A stretch of 63,639 nucleotides of DNA, the filler included, from Phoronis australis (taxonomy: Eukaryota > Animalia > Phoronida), in NCBI GenBank assembly GCA_002633005.1. It is 10 parts of 10 records of this genome, joined end to end, with 100 filler letters (N's around TTAATTAATTAA, not from the genome) between each part and the next. Parts side by side here need not be neighbours in the genome. Positions count along the whole stretch, not along the records: positions 38,754 to 43,346 come from NMRA01002541.1; positions 43,447 to 49,531 come from NMRA01002229.1; positions 49,632 to 54,989 come from NMRA01000307.1; 7 more parts are not named here. One strand, written 5' to 3'. Below, piece by piece: positions 38,760-52,027 of the stretch. Below the pieces are notes generated by a model, which had not been told where the DNA came from, made no database searches, and saw only the letters and a list, made by a program, of their open reading frames with translations. The translations under genes were made by a program, and so were the position numbers. How positions within the stretch are numbered: the stretch's first letter is position 1; each line of letters begins with the position of its first letter.

Positions 38760-39830
38760 CGCCCGTGCGTAAAATCAAGCGACCGTAATATTACGGTACA
38801 AACTTTCACCAAAGTATGGAAAAACTGAGTCACTGTGTATTGTGCAGCCAGAAGTAATGGCCATATTTTAACTTCTGATATTAGGTTTTAGTACCTTCAA
38901 GTTGATGGCAGTCGCAAAGTCCACACTTGCCCATTTTAATAGTCGGACAGCCACTTGTGCCACACAAGGACCCCTGGGCGCTGTTTAAATTGTTCGTGGG
39001 AAGGACACGGTTTTCAAAAAAGCGTGCGCTGCGCCTTGTAAAAATCAACTTGTACTTCAGCACTATGACCACGCTCAGGGGAAAATCATTCGAGTGCCGG
39101 AGGCCAATCGCACCCGTGCGTAATATCAAGCGTCCGTAATATCATACCTCGGAACACGACGGAAGGAACCAAAGAGTGAAACAGCTTGTTTATTGAAGTT
39201 AGCCTTCACAAGCGCCGGACAGGGAAAATCACCCGAGAGGAGCGTATCTAAGCACCCGCGCGTAATATCAAGCGACCGTAATATCAGGCATCGGAGCACG
39301 ACAGAAGGTTCAAGAGTGAAACAATAATACAGCGTGTTTACGAGAGCTAGCCTTCGACATTTTAAGCCACAGGCGTTCAATCATTTGAGCTTCGCCAGAA
39401 TTTAACTCTCACCCCGCTTCCGCCATCATATGGTATATATTTTAAGCCAAGCTGTTGTGACCCTTGGTGTCTCAACTGTACATCCTTCGGAGCTAGAACA
39501 TGTTTTAACATAACACGACAAAACCAACAAAACATAACGGATGAAAAAAAAACTTCCAACAAATCGTCTTATAAACTACAAGCAACATACTGTCAAGCGC
39601 TAGCGTTACCACAAAATTCGAATAAATGCGGCATTTCAGATATCCCAAGTCACCATACGGCAAATTTCATTCTTGCTCGATATTACACATCAGTGCGTAA
39701 GATTACGCAAAAATGCGTAAGATTACACATCAGTGTAATATTACGCACCCGTGCGTAATATCAAGCAGTCGTGGGTAATATTACGCATGACTTGCGTAAT
39801 ATTACGCATTCCTTGTGTGTAATATTACGA
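38760..39830. repeat. internally repetitive element, probably a TE remnant, built on CGTAATATTACG-type motifs
   Basis: CCCGTGCGTAATATCAAGC variants at ~38762, 39113, 39255 and 39748; palindromic TGCGTAATATTACGCA cluster at ~39680-39830. Confidence 0.55.
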
Positions 39831-40043
39831 AAGTAAATTTCAATGGCTAATTAACGGAAGACTAAATGAGGTTTTTCAAGAGTAGAACATGAAATGCATT
39901 AAGGAGGGGGTCATGATCGATTATAAACCAATTTTAAAAACAAAATGTTGATATTTATCTGAAATGTAATATTACATTTCAGTTTGGGACAAAATGGGAA
40001 AGTCCCTTTTTAACTTCGAATTTAAAAGATAATTTTTTTTCAG

Positions 40044-40075
40044 GTATCAAAGCAATTGGTGGTGCTACTGAAGAG
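40044..40075 (+). CDS. FAAP24: probable FAAP24 (ERCC4-family (HhH)2 domain), penultimate 32-bp exon
   Basis: TTTTTTTTCAG acceptor, GAG|GTATCT donor; xIKAIGGATEE, in phase with the next exon. Confidence 0.55.
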
Positions 40076-40870
40076 GTATCTTATACGTTCCGTCTTTGAT
40101 ATCAATCATTCAGCTTTACCTTCGATTGGACAAGCTACTTTCAATGTTTAACTCGTCATCGCATAACTAGTCAGCTTAAATGAGTTGTCTATTAGTCTTT
40201 GGTTATAGTGTCATGTTCGTGTTATGCAAATGGCTTAACATATGTCCTTGTCTTATTACGTTAACGTACAAAATCCTTTGTGAATTGTATTTAGAGTTAA
40301 GTGGGGATGCTTAACTGTAGTTTTTAAGTGGGCTGCCGAGTGCTTTTAGTAGGATAATTCAGGTTTGACATGTCGCAAAGACTGAACTTAGTAACTACCG
40401 TCAGTTCCATGCTGCAGAAAGAAAATAACAATTTTATTTAACCATCACATTTTCTTTCTATTCAATGATTTCTGCGTGAATGTCAGGCTGTTTTATTGTA
40501 GTCTGTTTTTTTTACTAGTCATCCAATAGAAAATGAGAATTACCTTTTGAAATTTTCACTGGCTGTTAACTTGCTGCCATATTCCTCGGTAGAGATTACC
40601 ACTAGGTTGACATCTTAAAAATAGTACGTTTTAAATAGGACTTTGGCGTAGGGAGCCTTCATCTCTGTTCATACACCTGGACGTCGTCTGCTTGATGTAA
40701 ATAGACTTGTATTTTGCATTTATAACCGTTGGTTTCTGGAAGACTTATTTCTCATTTTCTATTGCATAGTTCATAAGAAACTGACTGTAGTATTTACATA
40801 ACACCCCGATGAAGTTATTTACCAGTCAGGCTGTTTTGTGTTAAAATTATATGGTGTTCCTATGTTGCAG

Positions 40871-40951
40871 GACCTCTCAGCTGCTGTGGGAAGTGCCAGT
40901 GCTCGTCACATCCTGCAGTTTTTTAATGCACCCACTGGTGGCGCTAGATAG
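40871..40951 (+). CDS. FAAP24: probable FAAP24, last coding exon
   Basis: TTGCAG acceptor; DLSAAVGSASARHILQFFNAPTGGAR then TAG. The joined peptide resembles the FAAP24 C-terminal HhH (L...VG.A.A..I..FF) more than XPF or ERCC1. Confidence 0.6.
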   Translation, partial: DLSAAVGSASARHILQFFNAPTGGAR

Positions 40952-43346
40952 CAGAGGACAAAAAGGCTATATGCAGTGTTTAAGAACGAAATATGTTGCC
41001 AAGTGATACTAGTATCATTGTGTTTGTGCAGTCTGGTACAGAAATTTGCTGTGGTTGTAAATGATATGACCAGACTCACAAAGTAGGAAACCCGCTTTAC
41101 AAATAGGGACCTCCTGAAACGCACTAATTTATGTATAGGGACCATATGTACCCACAACCTCCAAACATCTCCAGGCTTGCGTCAGAATGTTCATTTCTTA
41201 ACTTTAAGCTGCCTTAAGGTTATTTAGGCTAACTTAGGAACGTCATATCTTGGAAAAGTAGGATCAGATTTTTTGAAACTTTCAAATACAACTCCACTCC
41301 TGCAACTAGTGGTCATTTTTATTATTTTTGACCAGCCTCTGTATTCTCCAACTTGCCCAGGGGATTAAAATTGGCAGATGTATTCTTAATGATAAGAGCA
41401 CGACTGACGTGGATTTTCAGATGTTTCGCCTCCTTATGGCAATTTGTTTTTTGACGTTTGCCTCTGTAATCTGTGACTGATTTTCATGAAATTTAGCAAA
41501 TAGCTGACACTTTTTCACTTTCTGGCGCATTCAATGTATTCTGTGCCATCTAGTGGCCAGTTTTATGATTCTAACAAACACTCCTAAAAGCACACCGTTT
41601 CTTGTGCAGTTTTGGGCGCATTTCGATGCTTTGCTTGGCTCTTGTTATGTGTTTAAATAACCTTCGAAGATATATTGTAATTTTGAAATAGCATATCAGA
41701 TAATTATCTTGGTTAAAATTTTACATTAATGTAGTGAAGCTGACGTGATCAAATTAACATTTATTTTATTGTCTTGGTTGACGTAGATGTCATAAATTTG
41801 TAACACAGCTCAGCTGTTTTAGTTGCCAGTAATGATTTATTGTGAAGTTGCTGTCTTGCTGCTATTGTACTGCATTCCCATGTTGTTTTCAGCTGATCTG
41901 ATTTGTTCAGTTCTGGGTTTCTCTGGCTTTTTTAGAATTTGATGTATTATCCAGAGGGCAAGTACTATGCTATTTTTCTCAAATGGTGTTCGGAAACATC
42001 TGAATTGGATCATTCTTCATCCTAAAATGAATAAGCTGGTACAGTTCAGAAAAATATGGGATCACAATAAGATGGCTCAGATATTCTAAGCACGTTTTGT
42101 GTGACCATTTGCCCTTATTACTCATAATTCAAATTTCGTGAAGGAAAAGACTTGTGACAAGTGGAAACTGGGCAATTTTAGCTAAAAACGTGCCTTGAAT
42201 GCGCCACCGTCTATGCAGCTCACCTTGTACAAAACTTAGCCTGTTTCCATTTGCTCTTTAGTTAAATACCAAGATCATACCTTGGTGTGACAGGTTTTGA
42301 ATATTCATGTACTTTATAACTTCAATAAATATGTATAAATTTTCAGAATCTGGTTCGTTGATTCAGTATAGATACCACTCACTGTTATAAAATTGGTCTT
42401 GAGTGGTTCCTTACTCGGATGAGACATAACTGATTATTGATCTTTAAAGAACTGTCTGGTAGTTCATTTACTCGGCGAATAAAATGACACGCCAGTTATT
42501 TGCAAGTCCAGAAATCACACATATATATTTTTGACTAAGGAACAATTTGAGATCATTTCCGTGTATCGGGCAACTTCCACTTTTTCATTAATTAAGGGTA
42601 CCAACATCGTAAATGCCCACACCTTGAAATATTGCCAGTAGCGGTGAGATTTTACTGTAAGTGGTCTCTATTTTGTGGCAGGCCGCGATTAATAGCTGCT
42701 TTTAATGGTTGTCCTCGCCCGAGTGTTCTGACTTACATGTTGATACAAAATCTAAAGGTTCCTACTTGAGATATCACGTCAAGAATGTTGCATGCAGTCA
42801 ACTTGTTTTCTCACTATGACCAAAATGGACTTGCGACTACAGATGCCCACTAACAACCCTGGACAAGATGAACAAAAACTGAAGCTCCCTCTTGCTGCTT
42901 AAAATGATACTAAACCCTCTCTTGATGATTGCAACCAGTCCTCGTTCTGCCTACTGCCAATGCTTCATTGGGCATCAGTCTTTAGACTTCCTGTGTCGCA
43001 TATTGGGTGGTCTGGCTCTTAGTGCGTGTTCTTTCTCCTCAGTTGACACGTGTAATTCACTAAAAGCATAGGTCAAACTTGCCCATTTAGCAAACTTTGA
43101 AACAGTTTTGAAAATTTCTTCCAAACATTTGAGGGTTGTCAAGAGTTATAAAGCATTATTTTGTTTCAGAGAGATGGATGGGAATGTTCAATATTTGTTC
43201 GTAGGCCAAAACCTCGGCTGCTTGGGTGTACTTAAAACACACGCTCTGCATTGCCCACCCATTAAGTTCCAAATTTTCACTTACAGGGCCATAAGCTCGA
43301 TTTCATTCACCAAGTTATACGACAGAAACTTCCTTGTAACTGCCAT

Positions 43347-43446
43347 NNNNNNNNNNNNNNNNNNNNNNNNNNNNNNNNNNNNNNNNNNNNTTAATTAATT
43401 AANNNNNNNNNNNNNNNNNNNNNNNNNNNNNNNNNNNNNNNNNNNN
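43347..43446. other. artificial contig spacer
   Basis: N44-TTAATTAATTAA-N44. Confidence 0.97.
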
Positions 43447-44499
43447 CTAGGAGTCTACACTCCTTGACCGGCAAACTCTGTGAGTTACCGTACGTTCAAA
43501 TACCTACAAATCCGAAACAGCAAAATAAAACAACACGTTTGGTCAAGAGCTCTATGTATTTGCAAGGGTTTTACATCGAAATTTGATGATTTATTGGGGC
43601 GAAACGACGCATTCAAGCGAAAAGTTGACACCAGTAAGCGTGTTGTGAATGGCTGAACAGACTGTGTGCGAACCGATTATGTCATTGGTTGGAGTAGAAC
43701 TACACGATCTAAATTGATACAAAATAGGTTGTTTTTTGGGTGGCATTCTCCTTCAATATATTTGAACTATTCTTGCTTCCTATGTAATACACCATACTAC
43801 AAAAAAAACAAACTAAACATTTTTAACTGAACAAAATGCAACAGAACCCTAAAATTTTATGTAATTTCAAATCCATTTTACATTACACCAAAAATCCTGA
43901 TGGTAACTTTTGTGGTTAGGAACACATAAAAAGTCAATTTCAAATTTCAAAAAATAAAGCACAGCCTCGATGTTTAAAAGAAAAATCCAATTTTAAGTAA
44001 AGTAAACTGCTTGCAACATTACCGCGAGGCAAAAGATGTTAACAATGAACATACTTGCAGAAAATTTAGCCCAATCCTTAATTTGAATTTTACTTTAATA
44101 TCAAACATATTATTACCTATTTCTAACATTCAAGTGCTATTTTTTGTATTTCATGGAAATTATTGACAGACTTCTGCAGCAACAATTGACAAATCAGGTT
44201 CCAGATAAGCTTGAAATCTATGAAGGTCAACAAGGATCTTTAAAGTGCTTAAAACTACAATTTATCTTATTTTGACAATTGACTACATTGTCAGCATTAA
44301 AACTTCCTTTATAACACTGCATACCACAATCAAGGACTCAATATCCCAACAAGAGCAACGCGGAGCGTTGAAATGCGCCCACGAATGCATTGCAAATGGT
44401 GTGCTTCTAGGGTTATTTATTTGTATCATGGCGACTAGATGGCGCAAAAACATAAAATCCATCCAAAAACTGGAACATGCCATATTTCATAAAAATCGG

Positions 44500-46811
44500 T
44501 CAAGGAACTTCAGAGAAACAAAGGAAAACAGAATAAAATGAGAGCGCTCGGAAGAGCGACACTTGGCGGAATTAATCGAAAAGACGACAATGAGAGCGAC
44601 GACGACAATCATGACGATCTAGGCGGCAATTATGAATAAAACGATAACATGCATGTGACTAGCGAAGAAATCAAATAGAGAGCATACAATCAACTACAAT
44701 AAAGAACAATAGATGGCGCAACATGACGGACGAGCCATGCTTTACAGCAGGACAGTGCTGGCTGGGTCAGTCTGGGTCAACTAGGCATAATCAAAACAAA
44801 GTGAACTGAAAGCCAGCTGCGTGCTTGCATTGGTGACCGAAGGAACAACGGTATCCGAAAATCTCGAATAATTCAAAAAGTAGACGTCGTAGCGCAAAAT
44901 GGAAAATATCTTCTGAAAGCCCGTTCTAAATTCTATCTAAAGTGGTAGTTTGGCAAAAATCAAAAAAATTTTTGAGAAAATTGAAAATTTGCGGTTTTTT
45001 TTAAATTTAAAGTCAAATAAATCGAAAACGGTAAGTCTGAGAAATACGCTCTTGCAGTCTTTTTGAAAGGCCATACTTCAAGGAATTCACATGCAAAAAT
45101 TCACGTCATTTACTCTTCCCGTTAAAAATGCGACACCAGAGCGATTGAAACCGTGTGAACATGCGCCACAGCCGCCATCTTGAGAGTGACTTCCGGTTCA
45201 ATAAATTTTTATAAAAGCTTATTAAACTCAACAAACATGTGACCAGTTTGAAAGTGATTGGTTTGCAAATGCGCCCTCTACAGGAGAAAACGTTTTTAGC
45301 CATATTTCGGGGTGCGCATGCGCCACGTCCAATATTTCCGCCATCTTTAACCGGAAGTCAACGATTCTCTGCATAATTGTAGCACATGCGTTGTAGTATA
45401 TTCGTACCGATTTTCAGCCGTGTAAGTCGTAAAATGCGGCCTCTACGAGTATTTGACTGTGAAATCGGATACAAAATGGCCGCCACGTCCGCCATTTTGC
45501 ATCCGATGATGACCAAAAACAATAGCGTTCCAGTACTTCCGGATCTACATGTTGTGTGCAAATTTCGTGAAAATCAGACCAAAATTGTGACCTGTAGAGA
45601 GCGAACAAACAAAAAAAATGAAAGCGCTCTGAGGAGCGAACCTTGGCGAAATTAACCAAAAGGATGACGATAAAGATGATGACGAAGATGACGACGATGG
45701 TGGTGAGGATGAACAAAAGAAGTAATAATAACATACACATGACGAACGTAGAAGTCCGAAATCAGTAAGAAAAAGGCTAGTCTTGTGCGACACTTGGCGA
45801 AATTAACGGAAAAGACAACGACGGAGAAGATGACGACGATGATGACGAATATGATGATGGTGGTGGCGATGATGAACAACATCACAACATTCGTATGATG
45901 AACTTAGATGTCATCAATCAATAAGAAATGGGCTTCAGTCTAGTTCAATAGAAGGTAAACCAACATCAATGCAGCAAGAGCGCTCAACAAAGGAACATTG
46001 TTATCAGAAAATCTCCAATAACTCGAAAAGTAGACGCCCTAGCGATAAAGGGAAACATCCTCTGAAAGCCCGTTCAAAATTCTATCTAAACTGATGGTAT
46101 TGCCTGATTCCGTAAATTTTTCGAAAAAAATGAAATTTTGAGTTTTTTTTAAGAAATTCAGTCAAATAACTCGAAAACGGCAAGTCTGAGAAAAAATTGA
46201 AAGAACATACTTCAAAAAATCCACATGCAAAAAATCACGTCTTTTTTTCTTCCCGTTTAAAATCGCACTCCAGCACGACTGAAAATGGGTCAACATGCGC
46301 CAGATCCGCCATCTTGAAAGCAACTTCCGGTTTTTTGCCTTTGTATAATAGCAAGTTATAAGAAACTAATACCTGTAAAAATTCGAAGAAATTGGTCTTA
46401 TAATGCGCCCTCTACAGGAGAAAACGTTTCTAGGCCAAAATCGAGGTGCGCATGCGCGATCGCCGATATTTCCGCCATCTTTAACCGGAAGTGAACAATT
46501 TCCGGTATACTTGTAGAAAACTTCCGGTCCATTTACTGTGCCGATTCTTAGCCTTTTACGTAAAAAATTATAGACTCCAGAAGCATTTGAACCTTGGATC
46601 CGATTTTGACGAAAAACAATAGGCTTCCAGTACTTTTGGAAGTACGTGTTGTGTGTAAATTTCGTGATGATCGGACGAAAATTGCGACCTGTATCGTGCG
46701 AACAAACAAAAAAAAGCTTAGTGGAAGAGCAACATACTTGGCGAAATTTATTTCGCGAAGTAAAAACTTCCTGTCAGACCAACATACTTGGCGGAATTCT
46801 TCCGCCAAGTA
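44500..46811. mobile_element. composite repeat of about two diverged ~1.15-kb tandem units with GAT/GAC-rich tracts and a terminal hairpin (Helentron/HINE- or Crypton-like, non-autonomous)
   Basis: Blocks such as CTGAAAGCCCGTTC, CCGCCATCTTGA and GCGCCCTCTACAGGAGAAAACG recur ~1.1 kb apart (units from ~44853 and ~46003). Perfect 12-bp-stem hairpin at 46785-46811. Confidence 0.6.
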
Positions 46812-47879
46812 ATGAAATTGACACTAGTGGGCACAGTGTCCGTTCCGCCTGAAAGTGATCGTCGTCTGTTGTTATCTTCATATAAATACACTTTCTAAAT
46901 TTAGTAAAGATCCTGCAGTGGGTTTAAGAGATACAACTATGGGCGCAAAACAAAACTACCACTATGAGGCGCCACAGTAGTCAGTCACCATCATCAAAGG
47001 TCGTCTTCACACTGAGAGCCTTTATGCCAATTTTCATATGATTTGGTTGATACAGTGGTGGACACCAAAAACAAGATTTGAAAACGCCAAAAATGGCCAC
47101 TAGGTGGCAAAGTACCTTGATTCCATCCAAAAACAGGAAGATAGCATCATCACACCAATAGATGCCTATACTAAAAATTTGATGAAGATATGTTAAGGAC
47201 CTTTGAAGATACTGAGTTAAACGTAAAAAACTAAAATTGCCACTAGGGGACACAGCAGTAATCAGATCTGTCCGAAAGTCGTCGTCATNTAATTAAAACC
47301 GGTAATTAAAATTATACGGATGAAAAAAAAAACCTGACCTCCCCCCATTCGGTGCCATGCGCATCTACAATCGTGGTTCAGTTTGCGCAAATGCTTATAG
47401 CCGGACAATTTTCTCATGACCTAAACTATCCTAATTACCCAGAGTTACCAACATTGGGGCACAAAGGTCATGATCAGTTTTGTGGTTTTGGTTGACCATT
47501 CACTTAACAATGAAGATTCACAAAATAATACGATACACTATAACAAAAATACTCAGAAAGACATGCATTTAGACAGATAAGACTAATGCAACAAAAAGTG
47601 TTGATGGATGTATGGAAACTGTTAGGCTGGAAATTAATCACAACCAGTTATAGAATGCCAAATTATTAGGTTCAAGTTTTCTTACAAAAATTCACAAATA
47701 CAACACTAACTTAAGAAGTACAATATATATCTTTGTGAGGATTTTGGCTTGTGTGCAAGAACTACAGTAACCAGCTTATACACCTGCTCCTTTTGTATCA
47801 AGTTCCAATGATAAAAAGACAAATTTTGAGTAATTGCCCAATACCAGTAACATTTTAAAATTGATGGTAAATATGACAT

Positions 47880-48750
47880 TAAAATGCCTAAAAGTTGTGG
47901 GAAGACAATTCTGGTCACTCGCCAGTATTTCAATTTACAGAATATCTAAACAAATTCACTACTTGTAAACAAATAAGATGGAATCATCTGAGGGACAAGA
48001 GTACTCTAGTCACTCCATTTTTCCTGAGCATATTTCTCGAATCTCCCATGATAAAAGGGACTCGAAAAATCTATCAATTAATCATTTCCAAATTGTATGT
48101 CAAACCTGTCCCAGAATTCAAGTGGGAGAGAGAAATTAACTTTTTGGGTGTTACTCGGGTCTTGGAAAAAAATTCATTCTGTAATTCATCATTGTACTTC
48201 TGATGTCAGACTCAGGTGGTTTCAATTCCGTATCAGCCACAGACTCATTGGTACAAACTCTTACTTAAAGAAAATGGGCGTTAGTGAATGGTCTTTGTTT
48301 TCTTTCTATGAGGAACATGAAGAAACAATCATATTCTACATTTGTATTGGGAATGTTCACTTGTTAAGGATTTTTGGAGGTGTTTAAAACATGGATGATA
48401 AATCAGTGTGGTGTCCCTCTGCAGTTAAATATGTCTACAGCTTTGTTTGAAGATCCAGCTTGTAGATTAGAAGTTGTAAATTGCAAAAGGCTAAGCCCAA
48501 ATTTCAGTCATATTTACAGGACGTTTGCGACTACCACCTCGGAAAAATTATTTACAATTGTAAATTGCAGCCTGAGAGATTCAAGGCAAGGTGGTCTCAT
48601 TTTTTGACTGGTAATTAGCTTTTATAGGGTTCAATAATGTTTCTAATCTGTTTGATGTACGATACTTGATTAGATTTCATATCGCTGTGATATGTCCTGG
48701 TGGGTTGAATTAATAAATGTTTTATATAAAAAAATTAATAAAAAAATAAG
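47880..48750 (+). mobile_element. degenerate L1/Tx1-like LINE ORF2 3' fragment (zf-RVT region) with an A-rich tail
   Basis: Frameshifted KWEREIN...WKKIHSVIHHCTSDVRLRWFQFRISHRLIGTNSYLKKMG...EET. AATAAA and an A-rich run at ~48712-48749. Confidence 0.75.
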
Positions 48751-49531
48751 ATCACTCGCAAGTGATAACTAAATGAAAATAACTTTAGTTATGACTTAAT
48801 GTCCATTTCATGGGATGAAGTTACGAGGAGTAATGATCCTATTGATTAGACTATGCATATTCCTGGGTTCCATTTAAATGATGATGATATTAACTTTTGG
48901 AACCAAAAAGCCGTATATGTCCAAGTAGACTGTCCATGATCTTTGTTCTAACTTGGTCTGTGGACTTGAATCTCAATAGCCTCCCGTTCCCTACACTGTC
49001 ACCTAAGTAAACTTAATACACTGAAATCCTCAACAGTCTACAGAGATACTTATACATGAAAGATGGGGTAAGGACAATTAACAGGTTCTGACATCACTGT
49101 TTTTAGTGAATAAACACCATCCCTAGAGAATAAAGTATGCCATAAAATATGGAAATCTCCATGGATAACAAATGTATTAAAGAATGCTTGTAAGAAAAAA
49201 ACACTTCACAAAACCCGATACTGTATGATTAAAACATTTATTTATTTTTGATATGGCTTACTGACCAAAGAGTGAGGAGGCTAGTTACAGGACTTAGAAT
49301 GCAAATGAACAAGCATCACAATGCCACCTGGCGGTTGATGTTGCAACGATTAGTATACAAGACAGTCTCACTTTGAAAGAAGCATACAGTAAATTGATCC
49401 AACTCTTATGCATTTCTTTTGGCCATTTTTGCCGGACCAGTGCCTATTGATGTTATCTAGAAAGAAGAGAATAAAGTGATCACCTAAGGAAAACACTTAA
49501 GGTAACATTCATGAATGAATGGTTTATCTCT

Positions 49532-49631
49532 NNNNNNNNNNNNNNNNNNNNNNNNNNNNNNNNNNNNNNNNNNNNTTAATTAATTAANNNNNNNNNNNNN
49601 NNNNNNNNNNNNNNNNNNNNNNNNNNNNNNN
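49532..49631. other. artificial contig spacer
   Basis: N44-TTAATTAATTAA-N44. Confidence 0.97.
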
Positions 49632-50226
49632 ACCAGTCGAACTCGATCGTGACTCCCTGCGGATAAAGGAACACGACTACAAAATTCAAATGGCAAAAGC
49701 ATTTGATTCCCGGCACCGTGCACGGGAGATTCCTACATACCATGAAGGTCAGTCGGTAATGATTCGCGATATGAAACGTCCGGCAGTTGTGGTGCAGGAT
49801 AAGGACCGCTCCGTGACTCTCGAGACTGATAAAGGTAGCATAACGCGAAATAGGCGAGATGTCATGATGATGCCGCCACCACCACCCGATGATTCAGTAC
49901 CGGCGGTACTCCCAACTTCACCGACTCATTCGCTGCGTAGTCCAAGCCACCGTGTTCGAAAACCACCCATCCGTTATGGATTTGAGGATTGATGATATTG
50001 ATAGTGAACGATGACTTTTTATTATGAATTCCAACTTGGCGTTCATTAGTTGTGTTATTTTTGTTGTTGTATCGTTTAGTGTAATTTTTTCTTTAAGAGA
50101 CTTGAGGGGGAGATGTAGTATAAGTGACTTTGTTATTACGGACACACACGGACGACCATCTTACGATTGTAGATCGACGTAGTTTCAGTGTTCCCAATAA
50201 ACCTAGTTTATTCTTATTATTCTACA
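49632..50226 (+). mobile_element. Ty3/Gypsy 3' end: integrase C-terminal tail, polypurine tract and 113-bp 3' LTR
   Basis: ORF ...AKAFDSRHRARE...GQSVMIRD...RSVTLETDKGSITRNRRD...RVRKPPIRY, stop at 49992. PPT GAGGGGGAGA at 50104-50113. LTR TGTAGTATAA...TTATTCTACA (50114-50226) containing AATAAA. Confidence 0.85.
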
Positions 50227-50304
50227 CACCCTGTGATCAGTGTTTGTAAAACAAGTCCAAGATATATCTGATTAATCATGTGCATCTCTGCCTGTGTCTT
50301 CCAG

Positions 50305-50495
50305 TGTCAAACAGCGAGAAGATCAAAAGCAAACCGTCGAGGAGCACGCCTACGAAATGTCAAAACCATTAGCTCGCTACAAGGATGATGCCGACCTTGA
50401 CAGTATGTTAAAGGAGCAAGACAGGGAAGGAGACCCCATGTTGGCATTTTTGAAAAAGAAAAAGAAAAAGGCAGATGGTGACTCCAAAGTGAAAG
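50305..50495 (+). CDS. BUD13: BUD13 (RES splicing complex), penultimate exon
   Basis: TCTTCCAG acceptor, AAAG|GTAAG donor; VKQREDQKQTVEEHAYEMSKPLARYKDDADLDSMLKEQDREGDPMLAF. Confidence 0.93.
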
Positions 50496-51851
50496 GTAAG
50501 TTGTTTAAATTTGTTGATTGCAATGTAATGTGTTGGTATGTGAGGAACTCAAAATGATTTTGTTAGAGGCATCTATCAAAAACCAAGTTTTGATTTAAGC
50601 CACTTACTGTTATGTTGTGGCTTGCTTCAGACTAGGCTTGAGAAGAGCTGATAGGTCATTATTATGAATCCACACCAGTCCAAATAAGTTGCTTGTAATG
50701 TTGTTATGACAGGTTAGATAGACTAGATATTATGATCATCAAATGTAAATTTCTGTTTCTTTCATCACATGGCTTGAAACTGACATAATAAAGCAAGCTC
50801 TATTTCCACTTGAGAAGCCGCTCAAAAACGAGAACCGTCACCCACATACTTCTACAATATTGACTTAGAAATTGTTTTCACTGTTGTAATGTTTTATTTC
50901 TGCTGCATATATGAGTCAAAGACTTCAGAAAATGATAGGGCTGGCCTGGCCCACAAAAGTGATGAGGCAGTGTGGCCAGGTGGGTCGAGTGTCCACCTCC
51001 TGCTCTCTAGGTCATGGACCCCACTGATAGGCTCCTGAGTCACATCTCGAGCTCCTAAGCTTAGTCTTAATTATTTTGTGTACCGTTTATGTGTTGTATT
51101 AAAGAAAAATGACTTTAGGTATTTGGTATAATGAGCGCATCAGAGCGGCCTATGTAGGTCTGCTGCAATGTGTAGCAGACAACCTGCATGTTTTGCCTTT
51201 CAAAAACTCGGTTGCTTGAAATCGTTTTCAGATTATGTTTCAATTTCAACTGCTATTGTGTCTGAGAACTTTAAGGTGCAGTTTGACAGGCTGATTAGCT
51301 TTCATGTTTAAGGTTTTAAAGCGATATTATCCTAATTTGGCTAACTTCTGAACATTATTTCTCAGAAGTGACTGTCAGATTGTTACGAATTGTTTTTCAA
51401 ATGTTCCACTTTTTCAAAAATAGGTCTTTTATTATCTTTATTAAAAAATAAATTAGTATAAAAATGAAACAACAGGGTTTCATCATGAAATGTTTTATTA
51501 AGTGAAGTTTCATCATGTTAATGGTGACATTGCTTTGCTATGAATCGACCTCGTTTATTTTTTGGCTATTATGTGTTTTAAAAAGACACAATCACATGAT
51601 CCAATCAATGGTACAATATCATGAAGTCAAAAATCAAATTCTGCATGCCTTTCACTTTCATAAAAGATAAACCTTCACTGAGTTACATTTTTATAGTTTT
51701 GTACATATTTGGCTGACTTCCTTGTCCATTAAGTACTACATTTTGACTTTTCAACTTTATGTAGGACTTTCATCAATTTCAATTGTTTGAGGACAGGAAT
51801 GCTGCTTTACTATGTGAATCGAAACATCGCTATTTCACTTATTGCTTTCAG

Positions 51852-52027
51852 AACTGCCCACGTATCGAGGACCTGCACCTCCCCCAAATAGATTCAACAT
51901 AATGCCGGGATACAGGTGGGATGGGGTGGATAGGTCTAATGGCTTCGAGAAGCGCTACTTTATGAAGCAGGCCAGTAGAAAGGCTGTGGCAAGGGATGCT
52001 TATAAATGGAGTACTGAGGATATGTAG
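51852..52027 (+). CDS. BUD13: BUD13, last coding exon
   Basis: TTTCAG acceptor, phase-1 join; [34 protein letters not shown]...YKWSTEDM then TAG, the Bud13 signature. Confidence 0.95.

Noticed and set aside
50475-50537. Echo of the BUD13 penultimate exon end (16/27, offset 36)
   Set aside because: Too short and AT-rich to separate from chance by eye.
50965-51060. tRNA or tRNA-derived SINE head
   Set aside because: Weak A-box-like motif only; no convincing B-box or cloverleaf.
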